A stretch of 47,577 nt of DNA. Origin: Planctomycetota bacterium (lineage in GTDB: Bacteria; Planctomycetota; SZUA-567; H5-PLA8). Positions 8,839 through 19,064 of the stretch are shown here, in pieces (the stretch's first letter is position 1; each line of letters starts with the position of its first letter). The position numbers were made by a program, and so were the translations under genes. The notes below the pieces were generated by a model. It ran no database searches, was not told the DNA's origin, and was given only the letters and a program-made list of their open reading frames with translations. Location of the stretch: the NCBI GenBank assembly GCA_045863855.1, contig BTVV01000041.1:1-47577 (forward strand), read 5' to 3'.

Positions 8839-11601
8839 ATGAATCGCTTAGCTCATTGCTTCTTCGGTGCGATGCTGGCCCTTGCGTCTACCGCCTCGCT
8901 CGCCGGCAGCGAAAGCGGCGAGGGCATGCGGCCGGTGACCGCATTCGCGGGTCCACAGGAAGGAGTCGTCGTCGATGGTGAAACGAAGTTCGTGCCGGAA
9001 GGCCCGAATGGCGAGACCGTCCTGCGCGTGGACGGTGCGTTCAGCGCGCGCATCGACCTCAAGAAGCTAGGCATCGATCCGCTGGAATTCGATCTGGTCA
9101 AGCTGGAAGTAAAATGCGATCCGCACGCCTGGCTGACCCTCTCGCTCGAGAATTACCCCCAAGCGCCGGACATGTCGCATTGGTGGTGCCTCGATTCGTC
9201 GCGCGGCCGGATGGGCTGGCGGACCCTCTGGATCGGTCTTAAGGAGCCCGAAGAGATCAAGCCGCCGAAAGGGAAGCGCGGGATGGCGGAGGTGGCGCCG
9301 GACGCGCGCGGACTTCACCTCGGCGGGCATATCGCCGATCTGAAGCGTGCCACGCAGGACCCCGGACGCACGCTTTGGATCGGCGCGCTGCGCTTCGTCA
9401 AGCAGCCCGTGGAACTGAACTGGGATCAGGCGCAGGCGCCCTATACGTGGGGCGCAGGAGCGGATCTCGTCTACACCTATCCGCTGACGGTGACCAACAA
9501 GCTCGACCGGCCGATCGCGGCGAAAGTGGAGTTACTGCCGTTCCAGATCACCCACGCCAAGGCGGAGCTCTCCGCCGCTCGCGTCGAACTGGGTCCCAAG
9601 GAAACCAAGATCGTCGAAGCCCGGGTGATCCTCCCGGCCTCCGAAGCGGCGAAGCAACCTCCGCTGTACAGCGAACTCTTCGAAGCGCGCGTCGAAGCCG
9701 AAGGCATCGCCGATTCTTCCACCACGATACTGCGCAGCAGCGACCCCATCCATTTGGGTGTGACCGTCCCGTTCCCGGACGAGAAGCTGGCCTTTCCGCT
9801 CTTCGGACCGTGGAAGGATAAACCGCAAACGATCACGGGCATCACGGACAAAACGATCGAACGCTTCAAGGTGCTGGCGGCCGAGGCCAAGCCCCAAGAC
9901 CTGGATTTGCTCCTGACCAGCCCCGCCGGCTTGCAGCCCGCGGATAATGCCAAGGGGCCGGCCGCGGAAGCGCGCACGCGCTGGGAGAGCGGCCTGACGG
10001 CCTGCGCGTGGCTCTACGAGGCGACGGGCGAGAAACAGTACCTGGAAAAAGGCACCGCCATGCTCCTGCGCGCCGCGGACCTGGCGCCGAAACTGATCGC
10101 CGAATGGCGCGCGCAGCCGATCCGCCGTATCTCGCAGGGCATTTTTACCGCCAATACGCTGGGCATGGGTTTCCGCATCGCCGGCACGCAGCGCCCGCCT
10201 TATCTCGAAGAGAATCACGGCGTGATCAACGACTTCGACCTGCTGGCCAAGGATATGGATCCCGAGGCGCGGCTGAAGATCGTCACCGGCTTCCTCTTGC
10301 CCATCGGCGTCCATGTCCGCAATCACTACTTCGGACTCGGCAATCAGCAGTGCACCGTCAACTATCTTGCCATGTATTGCGGCATGGTCGCCCGCAACTG
10401 GCCGCTGGTCGCGTTCACCTACTCGTCCGAACACGGCCTGCTCAACCATTTCAAATGGGGCTACGACGACGACGGACTCTGTACCGAAGGCCATTACCAG
10501 ACCTACACGATCAACCCGATGCTGTGGCAGACCGAACTGCTCCTCGGACGCGGCTACGATCATTACGACCGGCGCTGGTACGAGATCATCCACAGCAAAG
10601 GCGCGCAAGCGATCGACAAGAGCTACCTGTATCCGCGCCTGGTCGCCTGGCTCGACGAAACCCGCTTCGCCGGCAAGCCGTTCCTCAAAGAGCTGCCCAA
10701 GGAAACCGACGGACTGCACTTGGCCTCCGCTACGCTACTGCGCTGGCAGGGCCTCGAAGTCTCGATGAATTGGAAGACTCACGTGATGCGCGGAAACAAC
10801 GACCGCTGCGCGCTCTGGATCAAGAAGAAAGGCTCACCCCTCGATGTCGGCGGCGTCAGCTACACGCACAGTTCGCTGGGGCAGAGCGTGATTGTCATCG
10901 ACGAAGAAGTACAGCACCACGGCTACGCCGAGCCCGTCTCGCACGACATCGACGGGCCCGTACAGCATATCTCCGTCACCGATACGAAGAACTACCCCGG
11001 CACGACGATTCACCGCACCTTCGCACTCCTCGAAAAGCATGTCTTGGTCCTCGACCGCGTCGAGAGTGCCCAGCCGCGCACCGCCGACTGGTGCTTGCTG
11101 AACGCGGGCAAAGAATTGAGCGTCTCGCTCGAAGAGAAAGAGGGTTCGTTCACTCAGAAACCCGATTACACGCCCTCGCAGATCACCTACGGCGCCAAGA
11201 TTCCAGCACACCGCTACGCCAAGCACCCCGAGGCCTTCACCGAAGGTGGCGGGCGGCTCAGCTTCCTCGGCGCGCCGGAGACCGAACTCTTCAGCTTCGG
11301 CTGGCCCGGTTACGGTTCTTCCAAGCTCGACCCGCGCGATCCGAACATATTGATGGTCCGGCGCAAAGGCGTGACAAAGTCCGACTTCACCGCCTTTTTC
11401 TCGACCGAGACCCAGAGCGTCGAACGCGCGGCGGTCACGAAGCCCGATGGCTCGCCCGCCGAAGCCTCCGGCGTGAAAGTCACGCTCAAGGACGGCAAGA
11501 CTTTCCACGCCTTCGTCAGCTACGAACCGGCGGGAACCGAACTCACGCTCGGACCACTCAAGTCCGCCGCGCGCTTCGCGACCGATTACGAAAATCCCTG
11601 A
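8839..11601 (+). CDS. Secreted multidomain protein, alginate lyase/heparinase II-III-like (paralog A)
   Basis: Signal peptide MNRLAHCFFGAMLALASTASLA, Ig-like segment, helical toroid-like core (YLEKGTAMLL; FGLGNQQ; DDDGLCTEGHYQTY), C-terminal beta-rich region (YPGTTIHRTFALLEKHVLVLDRVES). GGGGAG RBS. Confidence 0.55.
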   Translation: MNRLAHCFFGAMLALASTASLAGSESGEGMRPVTAFAGPQEGVVVDGETKFVPEGPNGETVLRVDGAFSARIDLKKLGIDPLEFDLVKLEVKCDPHAWLTLSLENYPQAPDMSHWWCLDSSRGRMGWRTLWIGLKEPEEIKPPKGKRGMAEVAPDARGLHLGGHIADLKRATQDPGRTLWIGALRFVKQPVELNWDQAQAPYTWGAGADLVYTYPLTVTNKLDRPIAAKVELLPFQITHAKAELSAARVELGPKETKIVEARVILPASEAAKQPPLYSELFEARVEAEGIADSSTTILRSSDPIHLGVTVPFPDEKLAFPLFGPWKDKPQTITGITDKTIERFKVLAAEAKPQDLDLLLTSPAGLQPADNAKGPAAEARTRWESGLTACAWLYEATGEKQYLEKGTAMLLRAADLAPKLIAEWRAQPIRRISQGIFTANTLGMGFRIAGTQRPPYLEENHGVINDFDLLAKDMDPEARLKIVTGFLLPIGVHVRNHYFGLGNQQCTVNYLAMYCGMVARNWPLVAFTYSSEHGLLNHFKWGYDDDGLCTEGHYQTYTINPMLWQTELLLGRGYDHYDRRWYEIIHSKGAQAIDKSYLYPRLVAWLDETRFAGKPFLKELPKETDGLHLASATLLRWQGLEVSMNWKTHVMRGNNDRCALWIKKKGSPLDVGGVSYTHSSLGQSVIVIDEEVQHHGYAEPVSHDIDGPVQHISVTDTKNYPGTTIHRTFALLEKHVLVLDRVESAQPRTADWCLLNAGKELSVSLEEKEGSFTQKPDYTPSQITYGAKIPAHRYAKHPEAFTEGGGRLSFLGAPETELFSFGWPGYGSSKLDPRDPNILMVRRKGVTKSDFTAFFSTETQSVERAAVTKPDGSPAEASGVKVTLKDGKTFHAFVSYEPAGTELTLGPLKSAARFATDYENP

Positions 11602-11629
11602 ACGGCCCGAACGGATGGGAGAATCGAAG

Positions 11630-14467
11630 ATGCTTCCGCTGCGCTGGTGTCTCCCGGCGGCTCTGCTTCTGAGCTCGCTGGCCATGCACGCGTCCGACGA
11701 ACGCGTCAAGCCGCTCGCCGCGATGGATAGCCTGGAAGCGTTTGCGCTGGCCGAAGGCTCCGATGCCGAGATCGTCCCCGAAGGCCCCCAAGGCGAAAAG
11801 GTCCTGCGCGGCGCGGAGTTCGCCCTGCGCCTTGACCTGAAAAAGCTCGGCGCGGATGCCCTGCGCTACGATCTGTTGAAGCTCGAAGTCAAGGCCGACG
11901 CGCGTGCCCAGATTCAGGTCTCGCTCGAGAATTTTCCCCGACCCGGCGACCTTTCGCACTGGTATGCGATCGGCGGCGTACACCAGGCCTTCGGTTGGCG
12001 CACGCTCTACATCGATCTGCACCGCCCCGAGGAAATCAAGCCCGCCGGAAGCTACAAAGGCATGGAGAACACCGACCCCGAAGCGAGGGGGCTGACCATA
12101 CGCGGCACCATCGCGCAGCGTATGCGCGAAGCCGACCCGCCCGATGGATTCCTCTGGCTGCGCGCCGCGCGCCTCGTCAAACAAGCCGTGCGCGTGGATT
12201 GGGATATGAGCCAAGCGCCGTACACCTGGGGTTCCGGACAGAATCTCGTCTACAGCTACCCGATCGCCGTGACCAACGCGCTCGACCGCCCGCTTACGGC
12301 ACGCCTCCGGACCGCGCCCTACAAAAACGCGCCCCATGCTAAGGTCGCGCTCGCCTCGGAGCGGGTCGAACTCCAGCCCGGCGAGACGAAGACCGTCCAG
12401 GCCACCGTCACGCTCCCCGCCGAAGTCGCCGCGCGAGAGAAGCCCCTCTACTGCGAGCGCTTCACGCTCCACGCAGACGCCGAAGGGTTGGACGATTCGG
12501 ACGTCACGCTCCTGCGCTCGTCCGACTTGCTCTACCTCACGGCGACCGTGCCCATTCCCGAAGAGCGCCTCGCCTTCCCGCTTCTCCCGCGCCGCAAGGA
12601 CCTCCTCGAGATTACCGGTATGCGCGACCGCGAACGCCAAGCCGCCCTCGCCGTGGCCGAAGAAGTCAAGCCGGAGGACCTCGATGTGGGCGTGGGCAGC
12701 GTCGAGGAGTCCACATGGAGCCACGCCATGCACGGCAAGCGCGGCCTCTATCCGTGGGGCAAGGACGGCGCGCAGATTGCCGCCCAAGGGCGTTACCTCA
12801 ACGGTTCTACCGCCTGCGCCTTCCTCTACGACCTGACCGGCGAGAAGAAGTATCTCGAGAAAGGCACGGCGCTCCTGGCGCACGCCGCCGAATGCTTCCC
12901 GCGGATGCAGCGCGCCTGGGCCGAGCAAGAGTACGCCATGATCAGCGACGGCTGCATCTCGCAGAATACGCTCCGCCTGGGCTGGGCCACCGGCAGCATG
13001 CGCGCGCCGTACGTGTTCGATCGTCACGGCCTCTTCAACGATTTCGACCTGCTTGCCAAAGACATGGACTCCGCGGCCCGCAAGAAAATCGTCGAGGGAT
13101 TCCTCGTTCCCGCCGCGATTCAGATGGCCGGGCACCGCTTCGGACTCAGTAACCAGCAGGATGTCGTCAACTACCCCGTCCTGTACGCGGGACTGGCCGC
13201 GCGCAACTGGGCGCTCGTCTCGCTGGCATACTCCTGCGATTACGGGCTGCTGACGCAGATCGCACAGGGCTTCGACGACGAGGGGCTCTGTACCGAAGCC
13301 CACTACCAGGTCCCGTCGCTGCGCCCTATCCTCTATGCCACCGAACTACTCTACCACCGCGGCCTCGATCTCTACGACCAGCGCCTCTGGACGATCCTGC
13401 ACAGCCGCGCATACGAAGCGATGAGCGGCCCGTACGGCGACGCGATCGCCGCCTACGCCGACGCGAACCGTTTCGCCGGGAAAAAGATCGAGAAGCCGAA
13501 GCAGGAACACGACGGGCTCCATCTGCCTTCCGGACTCACCAATCTGCGCTGGAAGGGCTTCGAAGCGATCATGAACTGGGGCACGCAACTTCACCGCAGC
13601 GCTCCGGACCGTTGCTCGTTGAGCTTCGCCATCCGCGACCGCACGCACCCGCTCGCGGGCCTCGACGGCGTGGGCGGCGGCAATTACACCAAGTGCTCGC
13701 TTGGGCAGAGCATCCTGATCGTGGACGAGGGCCTTCAGCATGCCGTGCCCGCGGAAGTCGTCGCCATGGACCTAGACGGGCCCGTGCAGTTCGTCCAGGC
13801 GGCGAGCGAGAAACACTTTCCCGGCACGCGTATCACCCGCACCTTCGCGCTGCTTGACAAGCACGTCCTCACCGTGGACACCGCGCGCGGCGACGCGCCG
13901 CACACCTACGACTGGTGCCTTCATTACCGTGGCGGAAACTTCACCCACGAGGCGCTCGCCAAGGGCCTCTCGGTCCCGGCCGAACGCAAAACCGGCTCGT
14001 TTACGGATAAGGAAGGCATCGCGAGCAAGGGCGTGGAATTCAGCAAACGGCTCAAGAACGACGAACATTTCGTCGCCACGAGCGACGGCGCGTGGCGCGA
14101 AGCCAAGGCCAAGCTCCTGATGGCTGCCGCGCCCAGGACCGAGCTACACGCCTTCGGCGTTGCCGCCGCCTTTTCCGCCTCGCAAAAGGAGAAGACCTCT
14201 GCCGTCCCGGTGTTGATGGTGCGGCGCAAGGGCGTCCCGCGCGCCGATTTCGTCGCCGCTTTCTCGGACGCCGCCGAAACCCTGGAACGCCTTCCGGTCA
14301 AGAAAGCCGACGGCGCCGATGCCGACGCCATCGGCGTCAAGCTTGTCCTGAAGGACGGTACCGTCTGCCACGCGATCGTGAACTACGAACCGGCCGGCGT
14401 AGAGGTGGTCATGGGCAGTCTGCGCACCGGCGAACGCTTCGCCACCGACTTCAAGCCCGCGCCGTAA
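11630..14467 (+). CDS. Secreted multidomain protein, alginate lyase/heparinase II-III-like (paralog B)
   Basis: Colinear with the previous gene along its length (QAPYTWG, LRSSD, HG.FNDFDLLAKDMD, NQQ, GLCTE.HYQ, SLGQS, RFATD). Signal peptide from ATG 11630. Confidence 0.55.
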   Translation: MLPLRWCLPAALLLSSLAMHASDERVKPLAAMDSLEAFALAEGSDAEIVPEGPQGEKVLRGAEFALRLDLKKLGADALRYDLLKLEVKADARAQIQVSLENFPRPGDLSHWYAIGGVHQAFGWRTLYIDLHRPEEIKPAGSYKGMENTDPEARGLTIRGTIAQRMREADPPDGFLWLRAARLVKQAVRVDWDMSQAPYTWGSGQNLVYSYPIAVTNALDRPLTARLRTAPYKNAPHAKVALASERVELQPGETKTVQATVTLPAEVAAREKPLYCERFTLHADAEGLDDSDVTLLRSSDLLYLTATVPIPEERLAFPLLPRRKDLLEITGMRDRERQAALAVAEEVKPEDLDVGVGSVEESTWSHAMHGKRGLYPWGKDGAQIAAQGRYLNGSTACAFLYDLTGEKKYLEKGTALLAHAAECFPRMQRAWAEQEYAMISDGCISQNTLRLGWATGSMRAPYVFDRHGLFNDFDLLAKDMDSAARKKIVEGFLVPAAIQMAGHRFGLSNQQDVVNYPVLYAGLAARNWALVSLAYSCDYGLLTQIAQGFDDEGLCTEAHYQVPSLRPILYATELLYHRGLDLYDQRLWTILHSRAYEAMSGPYGDAIAAYADANRFAGKKIEKPKQEHDGLHLPSGLTNLRWKGFEAIMNWGTQLHRSAPDRCSLSFAIRDRTHPLAGLDGVGGGNYTKCSLGQSILIVDEGLQHAVPAEVVAMDLDGPVQFVQAASEKHFPGTRITRTFALLDKHVLTVDTARGDAPHTYDWCLHYRGGNFTHEALAKGLSVPAERKTGSFTDKEGIASKGVEFSKRLKNDEHFVATSDGAWREAKAKLLMAAAPRTELHAFGVAAAFSASQKEKTSAVPVLMVRRKGVPRADFVAAFSDAAETLERLPVKKADGADADAIGVKLVLKDGTVCHAIVNYEPAGVEVVMGSLRTGERFATDFKPAP

Positions 14468-14484
14468 ATCGAGAGGAGCGCGCC

Positions 14485-16707
14485 ATGTATAAAACGCTCG
14501 GAACGTTGAGCTTTCTGTTGGGCTTACTCCTGGGCACGGCCTTCGGTGCGGAGACCGAACCGCCGGGCGTACCCTATTTGATCTGGGACGGGCACCGCTT
14601 CGCGCGCACGCCCGAGGATTGCCGCCGCGACGTGCGCTGGTATCGCGATCTGGGCTTCACGCATTCGCTGATTGGCGCGAACCTGCGCTTCGAAAACGGC
14701 AAAAGCAAGAGCGCCGAGATGGACGGCCAGCTTACCGCGCTCTTCGCCGCCTTCGACGAAGCGGGGCTCTACGCCGGGTTACGTTTCCCATGGGACTTCG
14801 ACGCGTTTCCCGGCACCCCCGAAGAACGCATCGCCAGCGGCGTGCAGCTCGCCAAGAATACCGGAGGCACGCATCCTACGTACAATCCGATGCACCCGGA
14901 CGTGATCGCGTACTACACCGAAGCGTTCGAGCGCACGATCGCTCATTACCTCAAGCATGACGAAGGCAAACGGTTGCAGTGGTTTCTCATCGGCACCGAG
15001 CGGACATGGGGATTTCCCAAAAGCGCCGAAGATTGGCATCCGCAAGCGTTCGAAGTGGTCTGCCGCGCGGCGCGCGAAGACGGCGTGCTGAAGGAAGGCG
15101 AAGCGGACTTCGCGAAGCTCTCGGACTGGTGGAACGGCGCGCACGGCCACGGACGCGACTGGCGGCTGCGCAAGAGCGTGGAAGACGCGATCCTGAAGCT
15201 GATCCCGAAGGCCGAATTCTTCGTCGACCCGAATTGGGCCGTCAAAATCGTCCACGGTTTCGGCGGCGACTGGACCTACATCGACGGCGATCCCAAAAAC
15301 ATCGCCTTCGCGGTCCTGCGGCTCGAAGCCCAATGCCGACCCGCGCCCACGATTCACAGCACGCAGTTGATTCGCGGCTCGTACCATGACTGCATCCTCG
15401 AGTCGAACCTCCTCTCGATCTGCATGGGCGCCGACCGGCTCTACCATTGGGGCGTGCACACGCTCGAACCCGGACACGAAGCCAATCCGTACTACCGCCA
15501 GAAGATTGAAAAGACTCCGGAGACCGAAGCCCGGTTGATTGAAGAGCTACGCGCCAAGCGCCGCGAGAAAGAGCCGGCTCTGCGCGCGACCGGACGCTTG
15601 CTGCGCGACCGCGGAACCCTCTTTCGCGACTGGAAGCCCGCCGGTCCTCGCATCGCGCTTCTCACCGGCGTCTACGGCGGCACCGAGACGCTGCACGGGC
15701 TCATGGCCGGGCATCTTCCGTTCGACATCTTGCGCGAACAGTCCGACCGCCGCGCCAACCTGAAAAAGTACAGCTGCATTGCTTCCGCCAAAACCCAAGT
15801 CAGCCCGGCCGATTACGCCGACCTGCTCGAACTGGAGCGCTCCGGCGCGACGATTCTGATCCCGCCCGGCTTCCAGGTTCCCGAAGGACAGCCCGCGCTC
15901 GCCAAAGCTGTCGTATGGGAACCGGAATTCATGCTGCCCAAACCGGTGACCGGAGCCGACGGCAAGCCCAAGACGCCCAAGCCTCCCGTGCTTTCGCCGG
16001 CCGAGAAGCGCACCCAATCGCACCTCTGGGCCAAGACTTTTCGCGAGACGTTCCACGGAGCGAACTTCAAACCGTATCTCGACAGCGAGAACTTCGACGC
16101 CGTGCTCGGCGCCTTCGATTACCGCGGCGTTCAAATCGCGTTCGTGGTCAACGATCTGCGCAAATCGAACGGCGAAGCCGGCGGTCCGGAAAGCCTGGGC
16201 GTGGACAACGATCTGGAACTCCTGATCCGCGACGAGCGCGAAGGCCTGCGCGCCCGGGATATCGAAAGCGGCGAAGAACTTGCCCTTGCAAAAAGTTCCG
16301 ACGGCTGGCGCGTGAAGCTTAACGTCCCCGCCGCGTGGTACCGGCTGATCGCGATTCTGGGCCCGAACGAACAATGGACCGGCCCCAAGCCGCTCGCCCA
16401 GGGCCCGGAACTCCTCGAACCAACCGCCACGCGCGAAGCCACGGGCGTGAAGCTGGCGTGGAAGCTTCCTTTCGCGGATTGGATGGGCTGCGACATCGAA
16501 CGCTACGAAGTGCTTCGCGCCGAAGGCGATGCCGAACCCGTGGCGCTAGCCGTGATACCCGGCCGCATCATGACCGGCCCCGGGGGCGTGGTGACCGAAT
16601 ACCTGGACACCACGGCGCATGCCGGCCAAGCCTACTCCTACCGCCTGCGCACGCTAACGCCGCTGCGCCAAAAAGGTGCGCTAACGAACGTCATCCGAGT
16701 CAAGTAG
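14485..16707 (+). CDS. Secreted protein with a glycoside-hydrolase-like (GH42-type architecture) N-terminus and C-terminal FN3-like domain
   Basis: GAGGAG RBS and signal peptide. YRDLGFTH...NPMHPDVIAYY...FLIGTER resembles a TIM-barrel GH. C-terminal VKLAWK..IERYEVLR..EYLDTT...AYSYRLR is FN3-like. Confidence 0.45.
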   Translation: MYKTLGTLSFLLGLLLGTAFGAETEPPGVPYLIWDGHRFARTPEDCRRDVRWYRDLGFTHSLIGANLRFENGKSKSAEMDGQLTALFAAFDEAGLYAGLRFPWDFDAFPGTPEERIASGVQLAKNTGGTHPTYNPMHPDVIAYYTEAFERTIAHYLKHDEGKRLQWFLIGTERTWGFPKSAEDWHPQAFEVVCRAAREDGVLKEGEADFAKLSDWWNGAHGHGRDWRLRKSVEDAILKLIPKAEFFVDPNWAVKIVHGFGGDWTYIDGDPKNIAFAVLRLEAQCRPAPTIHSTQLIRGSYHDCILESNLLSICMGADRLYHWGVHTLEPGHEANPYYRQKIEKTPETEARLIEELRAKRREKEPALRATGRLLRDRGTLFRDWKPAGPRIALLTGVYGGTETLHGLMAGHLPFDILREQSDRRANLKKYSCIASAKTQVSPADYADLLELERSGATILIPPGFQVPEGQPALAKAVVWEPEFMLPKPVTGADGKPKTPKPPVLSPAEKRTQSHLWAKTFRETFHGANFKPYLDSENFDAVLGAFDYRGVQIAFVVNDLRKSNGEAGGPESLGVDNDLELLIRDEREGLRARDIESGEELALAKSSDGWRVKLNVPAAWYRLIAILGPNEQWTGPKPLAQGPELLEPTATREATGVKLAWKLPFADWMGCDIERYEVLRAEGDAEPVALAVIPGRIMTGPGGVVTEYLDTTAHAGQAYSYRLRTLTPLRQKGALTNVIRVK

Positions 16708-16911
16708 CGCTTCTCGCGAGGGTGCGCGAAGCGCGTGCTCGCGTTTCACCCGTTTCATATTACCTACGCACCGGTATGCACTTGGTTTGGTTTTCCCGGG
16801 CCGTATACTCGGCTTTTTACTCTTAAAAACCTGTTCGAACTCGGTGCAGAGCGGCCAAGGCCTATTGAATGTAGGCGCTCCCGCGAGGTCTATAAGACGG
16901 AGGCTTGCTTG

Positions 16912-18936
16912 ATGGCGTACCTGTCCCGCCGGATTTATGCATGCACTTGGTGGATGCTCACGTTGACGGCCGCCGGAGTTCTCGCGGAAGAACCGCCGGC
17001 GCCCGAGGTCCCGAAAGCAGACCTCAAAAAGGAAGACCTGGAGGATATCACCAAACTCTCGCTTGACGATCTGGGCGCCATCGAAGTCTCCAGCGTCTCT
17101 CGGCGCAGCGGACAGAAACTCTTCGACGCGCCGGCCGCGGTCACGGTCATTACCGAAGAGGACATCCGCCGCACGGGCCATCAGCATATGGCTGAACTGC
17201 TGCGGCTGGTCCCGGGCATGCACGTCGCCCGTATCGACGCCAACAAGTGGGCGGTGGCGGCGCGCGGCTTCAACGACCAATTCAATGCACAGCAATTGGT
17301 CCAAATGGACGGGCGTACGATTTACACCCCGTTCTTCGCCGGCGTCTTCTGGATCGCGCAGGACACGATGCTCGAAGACCTCGAGCGCGTGGAAGCCATC
17401 CGCGGACCCGGCGCGACGCAATGGGGCGCCAACGCGGTAAACGGTATCGTCAGCTACACCTCCAAAGCCGCCAAGGATACCCAAGGGCTCCTGGTCACCG
17501 GACACGGCGGTGTGCCCGAAGGCGGAGCGGGCGCCGTCCGCTACGGCGGCAAAGTCACCGAAGATCTGCATTACCGCGTTTACGCGAAGGTGCAGGAGCA
17601 TCTCGAGTTCGATACCGGCGGCCCGATCGATTACAGCGACGACTGGCTGCGCTGGCAGACCGGCACGCGCTTCGACTGGGATCCCAAGAACGGCAAGGAC
17701 CGCGTGACCTGGCAGGGCGACGTATACGAAGTGGAACGCGCGGGCGCCGCCCGGCGCGTGCCGGACCTCGCCAACGCCACGGTGACCGAAGAAGACAAGA
17801 GCGAACGCTACGGCGGCTGGAACGCGCTCGCGCGCTGGACCCACGATTTCTCACCGGAGAATCAGACCCAATTGCAGGCCTTCTTCGACCACTTCGACGC
17901 GGTGATTCCGCACGGAGAAGCGGTCTCCAACAGCGTGCTTCGGGTCGCCAACGACATCGTCGATATCGACTTCCAGCACAGCATGGCCGTCGGGGAGCGC
18001 CAGCGCATGGTGTACGGCGTCAATTACCGCACCGTGAACTACGAAATCCAGAACGGCTGGAGCCTCACCTTCGACCCCACCGGCAGGCGCACGCACGCCA
18101 TCAGCGGCTTTTTCCAGGATACGATTACCGCCATCGAGGACACCCTGGAATTCACCGTCGGCACCAAGGTGGAGTACAACGCCTTCACCGGATTCGAATT
18201 CCAGCCCAGCTTCAAAGCCTTGTACAAGCCCGTTCCCGATCACGTGCTTTGGTGGAGCGCCTCGCGCGCCGTGCGCGTCCCGGCGTTGTTCGAGAACGAC
18301 CTTTTCTCTTTCGTGCCTGAGTTGGTGGGACAAGGCATTCCGATCACCATTACCGGCAACAGTGGCCTCGATTCCGAAGTCGTGACTTCCTTCGAGATGG
18401 GGTACCGCACTCAGCCGCTCGAATGGTTCACGCTCGATGTGACCGGGTTCGTGAACCATTTCGACAATCTCATCGGCAACCAGGCTCAGGTCGGGTTCCC
18501 GCCGGTCCTGGAGTTCGACAACGTAGGCGTATCGGATGTGATCGGAGCCGAACTCGCGGTTCAATTCCGCCCTCAGGCCAACTGGCGCGTCTCCGCGCAC
18601 TACAGCGTCCTGGATGCGCATAAGGCTCCCAACGACAAGGAAGGGCTTTTTCCTCGCCACCAGTTCCACGCGCGCACCTACTTCGACCTGACCGAAGACC
18701 TCGAGCTGAATGCGGCGTTGTATTATTCGAGCGGATTCGACGCGCGCGACATTCCGGAGGTTCTCCGCGCCGACGTAGGGCTGACGTGGCGTCCGCACCG
18801 CCAACTCGAACTGAGCCTGTGGGGACAGAATTTGCTGGAAAGCGAACAAGTCGAGTTTTACAGCGCGCCGACGCTCTCGCGAACCTACGCCAAGGTGCCG
18901 CGCGGGTTCTTCGGCAAGCTGACGTTCCGGTGGTAA
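16912..18936 (+). CDS. TonB-dependent receptor (YfiR-associated type), copy 1
   Basis: Plug motifs APAAVTVITEEDIRRTG, LLRLVPGM, ERVEAIRGPGATQWGANAVNGI; C-terminal GKLTFRW. GGAGG RBS. Confidence 0.92.
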   Translation: MAYLSRRIYACTWWMLTLTAAGVLAEEPPAPEVPKADLKKEDLEDITKLSLDDLGAIEVSSVSRRSGQKLFDAPAAVTVITEEDIRRTGHQHMAELLRLVPGMHVARIDANKWAVAARGFNDQFNAQQLVQMDGRTIYTPFFAGVFWIAQDTMLEDLERVEAIRGPGATQWGANAVNGIVSYTSKAAKDTQGLLVTGHGGVPEGGAGAVRYGGKVTEDLHYRVYAKVQEHLEFDTGGPIDYSDDWLRWQTGTRFDWDPKNGKDRVTWQGDVYEVERAGAARRVPDLANATVTEEDKSERYGGWNALARWTHDFSPENQTQLQAFFDHFDAVIPHGEAVSNSVLRVANDIVDIDFQHSMAVGERQRMVYGVNYRTVNYEIQNGWSLTFDPTGRRTHAISGFFQDTITAIEDTLEFTVGTKVEYNAFTGFEFQPSFKALYKPVPDHVLWWSASRAVRVPALFENDLFSFVPELVGQGIPITITGNSGLDSEVVTSFEMGYRTQPLEWFTLDVTGFVNHFDNLIGNQAQVGFPPVLEFDNVGVSDVIGAELAVQFRPQANWRVSAHYSVLDAHKAPNDKEGLFPRHQFHARTYFDLTEDLELNAALYYSSGFDARDIPEVLRADVGLTWRPHRQLELSLWGQNLLESEQVEFYSAPTLSRTYAKVPRGFFGKLTFRW

Positions 18937-18961
18937 AGGACTTTCGTCCTGGTTTGGCAAT

Positions 18962-18989
18962 TTGCAGCTCTGTTCGGGCCGGGTAGAAT
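18962..18989 (+). promoter_or_regulatory. Candidate sigma70-type promoter for receptor copy 2
   Basis: TTGCAG-N16-TAGAAT in the intergenic gap, followed by an imperfect inverted repeat at 18991-19025. Confidence 0.4.
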
Positions 18990-19064
18990 TCGGCAAGTCC
19001 CTTGCAGACAACAAGTTCCATGCCGTTGACTTGCTCGTCGAATGGGTGGGTAAGAAGGCAAGAC

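Noticed and set aside
18991..19025. Imperfect inverted repeat as a recombinase attachment site
   Set aside because: The arms pair only partly, and there is no recombinase or matching second site in the window. At most an operator candidate.
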